From Eledone cirrhosa (lineage: Eukaryota), in assembly GCA_964016885.1 (NCBI GenBank), contig OZ024740.1, forward strand, positions 180,234,001-180,298,000: a stretch of 64,000 nt of DNA, written 5' to 3'. How positions within the stretch are numbered: position 1 is the stretch's first letter; each line of letters opens with the position of its first letter. A program made the translations under genes and the position numbers. Of this stretch, positions 52,897 to 64,000 are shown piece after piece. Below the pieces are notes generated by a model that made no database searches, was not told the DNA's origin, and saw only the letters and a program-made list of their open reading frames with translations.

Positions 52897-52947
<51 letters not shown>

Positions 52948-53308
52948 GATTAATTAAAGTCAATGTATGTATGTTATATATATGTATGAGATGAAAGAAT
53001 GGTATTTAACTAATGTAATGGTACGCGATGGGGCCCACCCACAGCCAAGGCGAACAGAATGGAAAAGGCGTTTCCCCGGTGGACGGCAAGGGAGCCGCGC
53101 TGGAAAAGCCACTCCAACTCGCGGGGCTCACACCTACGGCTGGCCAGCTCAGCGCCTATGGTGGTGAGTAAGGAGGTAGCTCTGGGGCCGAGGACACCAA
53201 CAGTTTCCATTGCCAGGGGAACGACCGCAAACCTGTCGGAGAGCGACCGGTATTTGAGGAATTTGGCCCACTCAGCCCGACGTGCAGCAGAACCTGGGTC
53301 AGTCTACA
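52897..53308 (-). mobile_element. CRE-type non-LTR retrotransposon 3' fragment with (TA)n end
   Basis: PGSAARRAEWAKFLKY...VPLAMETVGVLG...WLFQRGSLAVHRGNA, the CRE RLE C-terminal signature; interrupts a repeat that is uninterrupted at 61472-61770. Confidence 0.8.
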
Positions 53309-53890
53309 GATCTCTCTGCACTTGTCGTCACATGGTACCATGGGCCCAGCACTATGTGTCAATAATTGTCAAAAGTGTAGTGATTGTACCAGAGTTTTCA
53401 AGTCGCTGGCTGGACTAAAACGTCACACTCCTTCAGCGCATCGGTAGGGGTTCTCCTACATGGATATAAAGTAGTGGCCGTACTCGTAAACGAGTTGGCA
53501 GCCACCATATGTATATATATATATATATACATGAGTGTGCGAGTGCATGTGCGTTTGTTGGTGGTTACATATGTATCAGTGTGTGCACAATAACACACAC
53601 ATATACATACTTACACTCACTCAAACATATACATATCGACAATCGATTGAATTTAGTCAAATCGTCAAATCAAATCAAAATCAATGTATTGCTAATATTC
53701 TCCACACGCAAACAACTTGAGATTATTGATCGTTTGATAAGAATGTTGTTTAATATACATATATATATATACAAACACATAGATATCGACATGTTTCCAT
53801 TGGTCCTTCCAATTGCTAATACTATCTAGGTAGAGCAACGTGAAATAAAGTGTTTAGCTGAAGGACATAGCGGTATATCGCCCGGTCCGG

Positions 53891-54256
53891 TTTGAAGACC
53901 TAATCGCTATAGAATAGAATACGTCACGTATTACAATTAGATTCTCGATAAAAGCAAGGGAAGTAACCTACGCGTTTCATTCTCATTAGAAATCTTCAGG
54001 ATTACATATCCAGTGCTTTTATCGAGAATGACACAGCTAGAGACTTATAGAATACTTAGCTGTGTATAGGAACTGGTTTGAAAGAGCGGTTGCCGGTCCG
54101 GCAGAAATTAGAAATTGGATTAAATGCTCTGAAATAGCGATATATATGTGAAGATAGACATAGAATATTCGAAAATATTCTGTATGTTTATAATAAACAT
54201 TTTGAAAACCTAATCGCTATAGAATAGAATACGTCACGTATACAATTAGATTCTCG
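53891..54256 (-). mobile_element. Retrozyme family B, 1.2-unit dispersed copy
   Basis: Near-identical to the 25171-26400 unit; ~55-bp terminal direct repeat. Confidence 0.9.
53963..54005 (-). ncRNA. Minimal type I hammerhead ribozyme, family B
   Basis: Minus strand gtaatc-CTGAAGA-t-ttct-aatg-agaa-t-GAAAC-GC-GTA-ggttac; the only change is in loop 2. Confidence 0.88.
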
Positions 54257-54563
54257 CACAACTTTTTCTGTAAATTGGTCATTTTTTAAATGTTGTTTGA
54301 ACATTGAATAGGATCTTCCGATTTCTCTGGGTGAGAGATTTATATCAGGCTTTATTTCATATCTCTCCTCCAGATCAGTCGCTATTCTAATGATATCTTT
54401 TTTTTTTCATGTTCATACACCTGGGCAAGATGGTTGCCAACCTTTTTACTCTGCTGAAGGTGTTGCTTCAGTGTTACTATCCGCGTCCCATATGTTGTTA
54501 ATATTTATTTTAGACCCCGGACACCTTCCTTGCGTGAGAAGCATAGCCTATCCAAATCACCAT

Positions 54564-54633
<70 letters not shown>

Positions 54634-54789
54634 TAAAATAACAGATTAAAGTTTAAGCAAAGAATCGCTGCTTTCACCCTTAACGGGATCATCTGAAACT
54701 AACAAAGTCAATCTGTGAACGCAGATGTGAATATTTCAAAAAACGTTGCAACTGGAGGAAGGCAGGAAGACGATACTTTGGTTCGTGGA

Positions 54790-55057
54790 AACGTTCGCTG
54801 GCAAAGAACAGGAAAAATCGAATATAATACGTCATTATTTGGAGCGGTGAAAATCAATTACACGCAAAGACAAAAACCACGTTTATGGTATGAAAGAAGT
54901 CGTAGACTAATATTCTATTAGGTGGTCCATAGAGACGTTCTCTGGCAATGAACGGAAAAAACGAAGATAATACGTTATATGTGGAGCGGCGAGAACAATT
55001 GCACGCAAAGACAAAGCCACGTAAAGGGTATAACTGAAGTCGTAGACTAAAATTCTA
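54790..55057. repeat. Diverged tandem dimer (~145-bp period)
   Basis: acgttc.ctggcaa...ggagcgg...cacgcaaagacaaa.ccacgt...gaagtcgtagactaa occurs twice. Confidence 0.7.
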
Positions 55058-55375
55058 ACTAGGAAACCGAATGGTTCTCGGCTTCAGAGTTATGAATAAA
55101 GTAAATAAAATACAGAGGTAAATGAAATTAAATAAATAAATATACGCATCCATATACGTACATACACAAGCATACGCGAAAACAATCGCTATAGGTATAC
55201 AAATACACGCACGTACACAAACAAAAATGCACGCACATACAGAACCCACGCAACGCATGTAACCGCACGCACACGAATGTATACAACAAATGCACATAAA
55301 AATAATAAAAATAAAAAAAAAATTAAAAATAAAAATAAAAATAAAAATTAAAAAAAAAAAAAATAAAAAAAAAAA

Positions 55376-55408
<33 letters not shown>

Positions 55409-55789
55409 CGTGTATACATATAATTAAATAAACGTATATAAATAAATAAATACGTATATAACAAGCGCACACACATATCTACATGTAAATAAACATATGT
55501 TCGGAGGCTTACGTCAACCAAAACACGTGTACACATATACACGCACCCTACATACGTACGAAACCGCTTAATCACACAGACGCAAAACTCACGTATACAC
55601 ATAACCAAAAGCATATGTATCCGAAAAAATAATATATACGCCATAACATACACAATCAAATATACGTATGAGAAAGTATACGTACCTTCACAAAACATAC
55701 AGGTAATATATACTTACCTATACAAATAAGTAATGGTATAAACATAACATATATTTAGCTACCACACCAAAACGTTATACAGGAAAGTG

Positions 55790-56650
55790 TTGTGCAATTT
55801 ATGTTTAAAAGCCGAAATTGCCTCAGATTTTTTGGTCTCAGCGATGATGCGGTCTCTAGCGGCGCAGATGTCACATGGTCTTTTATTTCCGTTATACGAT
55901 CTAGCCCCAGCTAGGATCCCCCAGTGTAACTTATATTGGGTGTTGGTGTCTTTTAGACTAAATATATAAGCTGAAAGTTACGTCTTATTCCTTCTTAAAG
56001 GGTAACGAAAAGAATGGGTATGCATGTAAAGACGATGCTTGAATATATTGGCGGTTAACCCTATGTAGGCCCTACGGGACGCGAGTGTTTCAACCTTAAA
56101 TCTGTAGACAATGTTACTAGTGTGGCATTTCCCGGATAGGGGGCAGTCAACACGATTCCTACAATTACAGTTAGTACTAATTACAGGGTTGCACATGTTC
56201 CTCCGACTAGGTAGTTTAGATACATTTGAAGCTGTGATGTTATGTGCAAGTTTAGGAGTCGTAGAGTAAGAAATTTGAATAGTATTTCTATTAAAAATGT
56301 TACTATATTTATGTGCAGGGGGAACATGCTTCCTAATAAGGGATAGAAAGGTCTTAGCTAATGGTGTATCCACCTCCATAATATATGGTAGGTTATACCA
56401 TATAATGCGTCGGGATCTATTTCTTCTAGGTCTATTCTCATACTCTGTATATGCTACCTTATCGACAAATCCACTCCGAGCAAGAGCTTCATTCTAATAT
56501 GTGGAATGGTCGTTGAAAATATGCTCGTTAGTAGATAGACGGGAAAGCCTCAAAGAAACCTTTCTTACCAGGTCCTTGGTTATGCTGGCAGGATGGTTAG
56601 ACTGCTTACTTATGTAATTAAGCCTATCATTGGGCTTTCTATACGGGTAA
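55790..56650 (-). mobile_element. Penelope-like element (Hydra-like) thumb/linker + GIY-YIG fragment
   Basis: IIWYNLP, IFNRNTIQISYS, CNCRNRVDCPLSGKCHTSNIVYR, AYIGLTANIFKHRLYMH. Confidence 0.88.
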
Positions 56651-56926
56651 TGAACGATTCTTATATATTTAATATATATTTATCCTTATCGAGACCTCTT
56701 TGGATTTTAATCTTCACATTTCTTCTTATTACTATATATATATATACACAGTTCAAGAGTAACCAATCTTAAAGAGAGAGATGGAAATAGGAGAGGAGAT
56801 AGGAGAGGAGATATTGGTGAATTAGTTAGAAGCCAAAGCGTCAAGGTATATGCTCATGTGCAATATGCAGTGGATAGCAGCTAGGTGGCTGGGTTCATGC
56901 AGCCGTTAAGCGCGCAGAGCTGGAAA

Positions 56927-58090
56927 TATTCATTAGTCAAGCAAAACAAAACCACAAATTTCACAAGGAAGACATTATTAAAATATTGTCAACATTTTAG
57001 TTTGATGTAAGGAATGTAGAGAATAATACTGATGATTTTAATAATAACAATGTTCGTTTACCATTGTTTCGCTACTCCATATAAAATTTCTGGATCAAAT
57101 AACTATATATCATTATTGATCTGGTTTAGTTGAAAATACTTAACATAATTAAAGATAGAGCGGCTTATCGGAAGTTCAAAGGAATATAAATTAAAATAAG
57201 GAAAGAATGTTACATAATGTAATGTTCCATATATTGGTATTTCACTATGGTGTCCTGGGTGTATCAATTGTCTGTCATAATCAAGCAGTATTCTTCTTTC
57301 GAGGCTGCATTGTGCGAAATCTGCCTATGGGTAACAAGATGGCCGCCAATGGACATATTTACCTTACTAATTAAAGGGTGGTATCAGGGGAAGTATCTCC
57401 TCCAGAGATTAGAAATTGTGGGTAGTTTATAGTTAAGTGCTAATTTTTTAATTTTTTAATTGAGAGATATTGTAAGGGAGGTAACTTATAATTATCTAAG
57501 TTAGTTATAGCTATTTAACTTATTAGCTACAAGTAAAAATGGGGCTAGATGACTAAGTTGGGTCAAATATTCTATTGGTGAAGGAATTAGCCCTTCGATG
57601 TTGACAGCTAATAGTTACCTCCGTTCTATCGTTAATCGGTAGAGGTCGTGATAGAGTTATGTAATATGCTTCGGTAATACAGAGATCACAGGATTTTCTT
57701 CGTCCATTGAACGCTGGGGCCCTAGCTAAGATATGCCATGTTAGTGAGTGTTCAATGTTGGTTAATTTAAGGTTTTTAAAGAGCCTAGAACATTACATTA
57801 TGTAACATTCTTTCCTTATTTAAATATATATTCCTTTGAAATACCGATGAGCCTCTTTATCTTTAAATATTTTAATTATTTTCAACGGAACCAGATCAAT
57901 AATGATATATAGTCATTTGATCCAGAAATATTATATGGAGTAGCGAAACAATTGTAAACGGACATTACTATTATTAATATTATTATTATTATTCTCTACA
58001 TTCCTCACATCAAACTAAAATATGTTGACAATCTTTTAATAATGTCTTCCTTCTGAAATGTGTGGTCTTGTTTTGCCTAACTAATGAATA
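56927..58090. repeat. Diverged ~300-bp inverted repeat with ~555-bp spacer
   Basis: 56927-57230 is the reverse complement of ~57787-58090; right arm ends in (TA)n. Confidence 0.8.
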
Positions 58091-58106
58091 TATATATCTA
58101 TATCTA

Positions 58107-58143
<37 letters not shown>

Positions 58144-58349
58144 AGATGAGAGCAAACATCACAGACGCTCTATCTCAAAATTATTTTTGAAAAGCATTAG
58201 AAATGCGCAACCGGTAGAACTAAAAACCAAAACTGAATACTAACCAATACTATTACTAATTCTCACTTATTCCTAATTAAACTATTTTTCACTGTGAACA
58301 ATTTGTCAGCATTTTCTATTCCGTTTACCAATATATATATATATATACC

Positions 58350-59107
58350 TTTTTATGGTATGGTGAGAAAGGAGACTCAAAGATATCCTTGATGAGGACT
58401 CCATAGACCTCATCATGTACTCTCGTTACGTAGACAACATTAATATCGTAATAAGGGCATCCCCACAAGACGTTTGATTTAGAAAGTAGCACAATGGAAA
58501 GTATCCAGCAGATACCTAATTCCATACACCAGAGTATTACTGTAACTATCGACTACCCTTCCAAACACCCTAAAAATAGACTACCTGTATTAGACACGGA
58601 ACTCTGGATTAACACTATAGACGAGATAGCCCAAATTCTCCACTCACACAATGCTAAATCCATGGCCTCCAAATCCCTGATACTGAAGAACTCAGCAATG
58701 TTCAGTAGTGCAAAGTTTAATATTCTGATCGCAGACATGGTACGAGTGATGAAGAACGTGTCCAGCATATGCGACCCAACAGAAATGGAAAGACACATCC
58801 AACACTTTATCAACCGCATGCAGTTCTCTAACTACAACCAAATATACAGAATCAGAGTATGCGAAGGAGCCACGGAGAAGTATAAGACCCTCATAGAAAT
58901 GGACATGAAAGGAATTTTCCCATTATACAGGAGTATATCATGGAATAGCTTAGATAGGACTAGACATATGATAGGGAAAGCCACCTCATTGTACGACAAC
59001 AAGAGATACCGGAGTGTCATGTTTGTGGACGCTACCCCTAGACGGAAATTAGCTAACCAGTGTAGAAAGGCCATGAGAAAGACCCACTTAAAAATTAAGG
59101 TGGTAGA

Positions 59108-59110
<3 letters not shown>
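58350..59110 (+). mobile_element. Diverged Neptune-like PLE RT/thumb fragment
   Basis: MYSRYVDNI and ORF 58494-59186 MESIQQIPNSIHQSITVTIDYPSKHPKNRLPVLDTELW..., paralogous to 42191-44482. Confidence 0.9.
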
Positions 59111-59365
<255 letters not shown>

Positions 59366-59956
59366 ATATATATATTTAATACAATAACAGAGATAGCTTA
59401 AACTAAACTCTGACTGGTAACCATCTCACTCAACAAACATTAGGTTATATGTTAGTTTAAACCCAATTTAAGTGTTTGGGGTGCTAATTATATGTATTAT
59501 GTGGAAAGCCAGTTGTATTATTTTATAAGATATAATTAAAGTTAAAATATATCTCTCTTTCCAAACAATTATTTCATTATATGTTTTCTATAAACTAGGA
59601 GAATGTTTCCAGTTTATGCAGAAGCCTAACATATATTCATGTAAGAATATATTTAGGTGGGCGCTTATAAATCATCAGTGGAAGCCCATTAAACTTTGAT
59701 ATAAGAACAAATTCTTACCGCAGTTAAAAATCGTGTCTGCTAAGCTGCTCCCTCACGCATCGAATGACCGCCAAATTTGAAATTCTAGCAGCTTTTGACT
59801 GAGGATGTATTATAGCGTCCCGAAGCGGGAAGGGGAGACAACCAATACACGAGAAAAGAAAAAATAATATTCACGTGGGTTAATTAGTTTTTTCAAAAAA
59901 CATTATCAATCCAACGTGTTAAGAACTCAATTGAAATTAAAAAAATAAATGCATGC

Positions 59957-60030
<74 letters not shown>

Positions 60031-60189
60031 GTGTACATGTGTGTGTATGTGTATATATGTGTATATATGTATATATATTTTTATTTGTGTGTGTGTGTGT
60101 GTGAATGTGCTTGCAGACACCTGTTATATAGCTGAAGAGAAACTTGACAATAAGTAGAGGCACCCCAAATCTGAACTTGTTATAACATT

Positions 60190-60590
60190 CCTCCTGCCTT
60201 TGTCACTCTAATTAATGTTCTAAAGAATTAGCTTTTAAAAAAAATTCCCCTTTTTTTAAACCCATCAACCATGACATCCACCCATCCTGTAGGCCCCTGA
60301 AGTATAGGCATCGGTAGCTTAAGAGAAACTTTAAAATAAGGAGTGGCACTTCATTTTGAACTTCTTTACAGAATTCTTCCTGCTTTTGTTGCTCTAAATA
60401 TAAATTATAGCTTTAAAGAATTAGCTTTTAAAGAATTCACTTCTCTTTCAACCAACGAGCTCCGCACATCCCACTTCCCACCCTCTCCTACCACCAGAAA
60501 ATATATAAATACCACCACTTTTACACGGACACTTAGCTTCCTGATGATTTCTCACGAATAAAACAGTTCTACTCCTGTTGAAGCTCTTAT
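60190..60590 (+). mobile_element. Family C repeat (partial tandem) with degenerate HHR at 60535-60585
   Basis: Shares taaagaattagc...catcaacc with 34900-35010(-); agcttc-CTGATGA-tttctcacgaat-AAAACAG-ttctactc-CTGTT-gaagct. Confidence 0.75.
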
Positions 60591-60599
60591 ATATATATA

Positions 60600-60803
60600 A
60601 ATAGGAGAAAGTATGACCCGACAGCAGAGCTCTAGGCGTTTCGACGGCTACTTCTGAACATATTTGAGTACAGAAATAGCCGTCGAAACGGCTTGAGCTC
60701 TGCGGTCGGTATCATACTTTCTCCTATTACCCACTCTACTACACTAAGTATTGAGTATTCTGGTGCGTTATGGTCCATCTGGTTCCTTACCACAACTCCT
60801 TCG

Positions 60804-60808
<5 letters not shown>
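60600..60808 (+). repeat. Family R1 solo copy with ~128-nt fold-back hairpin
   Basis: aataggagaaagtatga...tcatactttctcctatt palindrome at 60600-60727; short TA run on the left, (TA)n on the right. Confidence 0.85.
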
Positions 60809-60852
<44 letters not shown>

Positions 60853-61099
60853 TCTCCTGATGGAGGGCTTATGCCCGAAACGTCGTTCCCCATCCCACCA
60901 CTCTCAAAAGCGTGAACCTAATAAACTCTTATTTGCCTCTGTGTTTTTATTCCCGTCTAAGATTTAACTATGTATATATATACATACACACACACACACA
61001 TATATATATATTTTTCTATATATATATATATGTATGTTATTCCGGGTTGAATCGGAGGTAAACACAGTATGTAAGGTACTCAATACATACCAGAGTATA

Positions 61100-61222
61100 A
61101 CAGTTTTAATATATGAGATTCTACAGGACTAGAACTGTTTTATTCCTGAGATATCATCAGGAATCTGATGGTTGCTAAAGAATGAAACAGTTCTAGACCA
61201 GTAGAGTCTCGTTTTATATTAA

Positions 61223-61226
<4 letters not shown>
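61100..61226. repeat. Family C head-to-head pair of degenerate HHRs
   Basis: Minus-strand HHR 61117-61166 immediately joined to plus-strand ctgatgg...gaatGAAACAGttctagaccagta; outer agttttaatata/tatattaaaact inverted. Confidence 0.7.
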
Positions 61227-61299
<73 letters not shown>

Positions 61300-61303
<4 letters not shown>

Positions 61304-61442
61304 GAAGGAAGTGTGGTAAGCAACCAGATGGACCTTAATGCACCAGTGTATTCAATACTTACGGTAGTAGTGTTGGTAATATAAAAATGTTCAAGACCCC
61401 GACGGCAGAGCTCAGCCCGTTTCGACGGCTATTTCTGGACTC
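61300..61442 (-). repeat. Family R1 copy
   Basis: Reverse complement of the R1 tail, between microsatellites. Confidence 0.8.
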
Positions 61443-61471
<29 letters not shown>

Positions 61472-61476
<5 letters not shown>

Positions 61477-61770
61477 TGGCTGCCAAATCGTTTTCGAGTA
61501 CGGCCACTATTTTATATCCATGTAGGAGAACCCCTACCGATGCTTTGAAAGAGTGTGACATTTTAGTCCAGCCAGCGACTTGAAAACTCTGGTACAAACA
61601 CTACACTTGTGACAATTATTGACACATAGTGCTGGGCCCATGGTACCATGTGACGACAAGTGCAGAGAGATTTCCAGATATAAAGCAATGCTTGTGCCGT
61701 GAAGCTTTTATAGTGAGCAAAGGCACTGCACAAAGCCAGTCGCACTCTCTTAACCAAAATGATATTTACC
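61472..61770. repeat. Unclassified dispersed repeat (second copy inverted at 52817-52896 + 53309-53508)
   Basis: Direct sequence match; ORFs 53398-53598(-) and 61412-61597(-) share translated text. Confidence 0.8.
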
Positions 61771-62187
61771 AAAAAGAAGAACAAGTCAACATCATTGGAT
61801 ACCATCAGAGTTGCAGGTGTTATATCAGAGTTTTCCTTCTCCAAGTATTCTGCCTTGACAAAGGCTCAGGGTCATCTCTCCCGGTAATTTTGGATGGCCA
61901 TTGACTCTTAAGAGCTCCTTTGCCCTTTGACAGGTTTTGTTTTTAGTCCTGCAGGATGTCCAAAGTCACCCTCCTCACCAAGAAACCTTGGTGGGGTTGC
62001 CAGTTTAGTCGCCAACGACCCGACCATGAGACAGATTGTACTGGGATACATGTTACCAGTAGCACTAACTGGTGACCTGACATAATATATATATATATAT
62101 ATAATATAAGATCAAAAGATGGTTAACAGAGTTCCAATTATTTTATTTCACAAACAAATATCATCATGGAATGATATCTGCGTTTTC

Positions 62188-62289
<102 letters not shown>

Positions 62290-62630
62290 ATATATATGAA
62301 AAACGTAAAATAAGAAAATTATCTTAGGTCAGAATTATCTTAGTTGAGAATCACTCCCTGATGACGAAAAGGTTTCTCCATGACCTCCATTTGGAGACTA
62401 TGTATATTCCCTTTCAGAATCTAATTAGTTGGAGTGCAATTTAAGTAAGGAAGCTAATTACTATAATTCAGGTATCTTAGCTGAGAATGACTCTCTGATG
62501 ACAAACAGTTTTCTCCATGATCTCCATTTGGAGACTATGTATATTCCCTTTCAGAAACTAATTAGTTGGAGTGACATTTAAGTAAGTAAGCTAATTACTA
62601 TAATTTTCTTATTTTACGTTCTTTATATAA
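62290..62630 (+). mobile_element. Small retrozyme-like tandem dimer, family D (~137-bp unit), HHRs at 62351-62436 and 62488-62574
   Basis: Consensus tcactcc-CTGATGA-c-gaaaagg...cctttc-a-GAAAC-TAATTA-GTT-ggagtga; palindromic stem III; short inverted terminal segment 62290-62322 against 62600-62630. Confidence 0.7.
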
Positions 62631-62737
62631 TTGTTCTGCACCCCCTTGCATTGAACCACAAAGTTACTAAGACAAAACCTATATATTTGGTTGCATAGCT
62701 ATACATGTGTATATATATGTTGGTAGATATACTAATT

Positions 62738-62806
<69 letters not shown>

Positions 62807-62836
62807 CATGTATATGTATATATGTATATGTATATA

Positions 62837-62944
<108 letters not shown>

Positions 62945-63072
62945 CGACCGTATAGCACGGTGTGCATGTGCATAAAGACGCGCCGTGTTATATTTTGACT
63001 ATTTTATTACCTCTATGTTCGAGAACAGAGCCGTTATATGTAATAGAAACCAAAGAACGATTACATACTCTA

Positions 63073-63136
63073 ACTCTCTTTATTTGCTTACAATTTTTCA
63101 TCCTTACCGTTCGGTAGGATTCATTAGAGCTTAATA
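63073..63136 (-). ncRNA. Degenerate hammerhead ribozyme
   Basis: Minus strand ttattaagct-CTAATGA-atcctacc-gaac-ggtaaggat-GAAAAATTGTA-agcaaataa; core carries mutations. Confidence 0.5.
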
Positions 63137-64000
63137 AACACACTGCTGAGTATAAGCTCAACCGTCCTTAGTCACACGAACAATCGGAATACAATAGAGG
63201 GTAAAGATAGGTAGATCGGAGATGACGAATAATGAGAGAGTACATGCTGGGGTTGTTAAGCACCACAGCTAAATGCTAGGGCACAAGCAGATCTTACAAG
63301 TTGCATATAGAATTGATGGCACACAAAAGCATAAAATACAAACAATGGTTAAAACATAATAACAAATGTAAAAGGAAGATAATATAAAGAGATAAATAGT
63401 AAATAAAAAGGTAAAACACTTTGAAAAATATTTTTAAAAGGAAAGAAGTGAAAAAAGAAAGAAGAAAAAAGAAGAAAGAGAGAGTTTTTAGCACATAAAA
63501 AAGCCAGAGAAATTTAAGCGCTGGTCCCTATAAAACAAGTGAATAGGATCTCCGTAACTTATAGTTATATAAGCACTAATATGTACTTAAGGTACATCCA
63601 GAACGACCACAATAATTAAAATCCTCGCCACTTGAAATCTGAAATACCTACATACTTTAAACCTTTTAGTTAATTTAAAAGTTTAGATATGTTGTACGGA
63701 GATTTTGTTTACATTTATCGTGTATAATTTTTCATTTTATCCAAATTGATTAATTATCTGTATTTAACTTGACCTATATTATTGAATACAATAAGATTTG
63801 GTTAAATCGAAATAATAATACTTTCAAGAGTAAATATAACTAATAATTAATCCTATATGTAATTGACAACTATTGATTTAAATAGTATTCTTTATAATAT
63901 TTATAATTCTAAACATTATATAAAATGCATATACAGATGCTGATATGCAATTGAGTTATGATAAATACTCTCATGATTATTTACTATATTTATAAATATT

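Noticed and set aside
60851-60890. HHR-like CTGATGGA-gggc-ttat-gccc-GAAACGTCGTT; similar partial motifs at ~30485, 31313, 32419, 33197 and 37982
   Set aside because: Core or stem I is incomplete, so not called as ribozymes; they may be relics.

Overview
AT-rich, microsatellite-dense animal genomic DNA. The repeat content suggests a cephalopod (octopus-like) genome, which is an inference. I find no host protein-coding gene; nearly all short ORFs are microsatellite or low-complexity artefacts or antisense shadows of transposon ORFs. The window is mostly transposon remains: Penelope-like elements (PLEs; one near-full-length Neptune-like copy with an inverted 5' partner and several Hydra-like fragments), two fused Tx1/L1-clade LINEs, three R4/Dong-type LINEs in (TAA)n, a CRE-type fragment, a Merlin element with TIRs and a 9-bp TSD, a mariner relic, a non-autonomous Helitron and SINEs. 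The most interesting signal is non-coding. At least five unrelated families of short repeats (units about 137-430 bp where measurable) carry type I hammerhead ribozyme (HHR) folds, found and paired by eye. Most sit next to (TA)n tracts as head-to-head inverted or partial-tandem insertions, the same architecture as the coding PLE in the window. This looks like a set of retrozymes (self-cleaving, probably circular-RNA-forming, non-autonomous retroelements) mobilised by PLEs. Retrozymes as a class are known; whether these families and their shared U-U stem II variant are described needs a database check.
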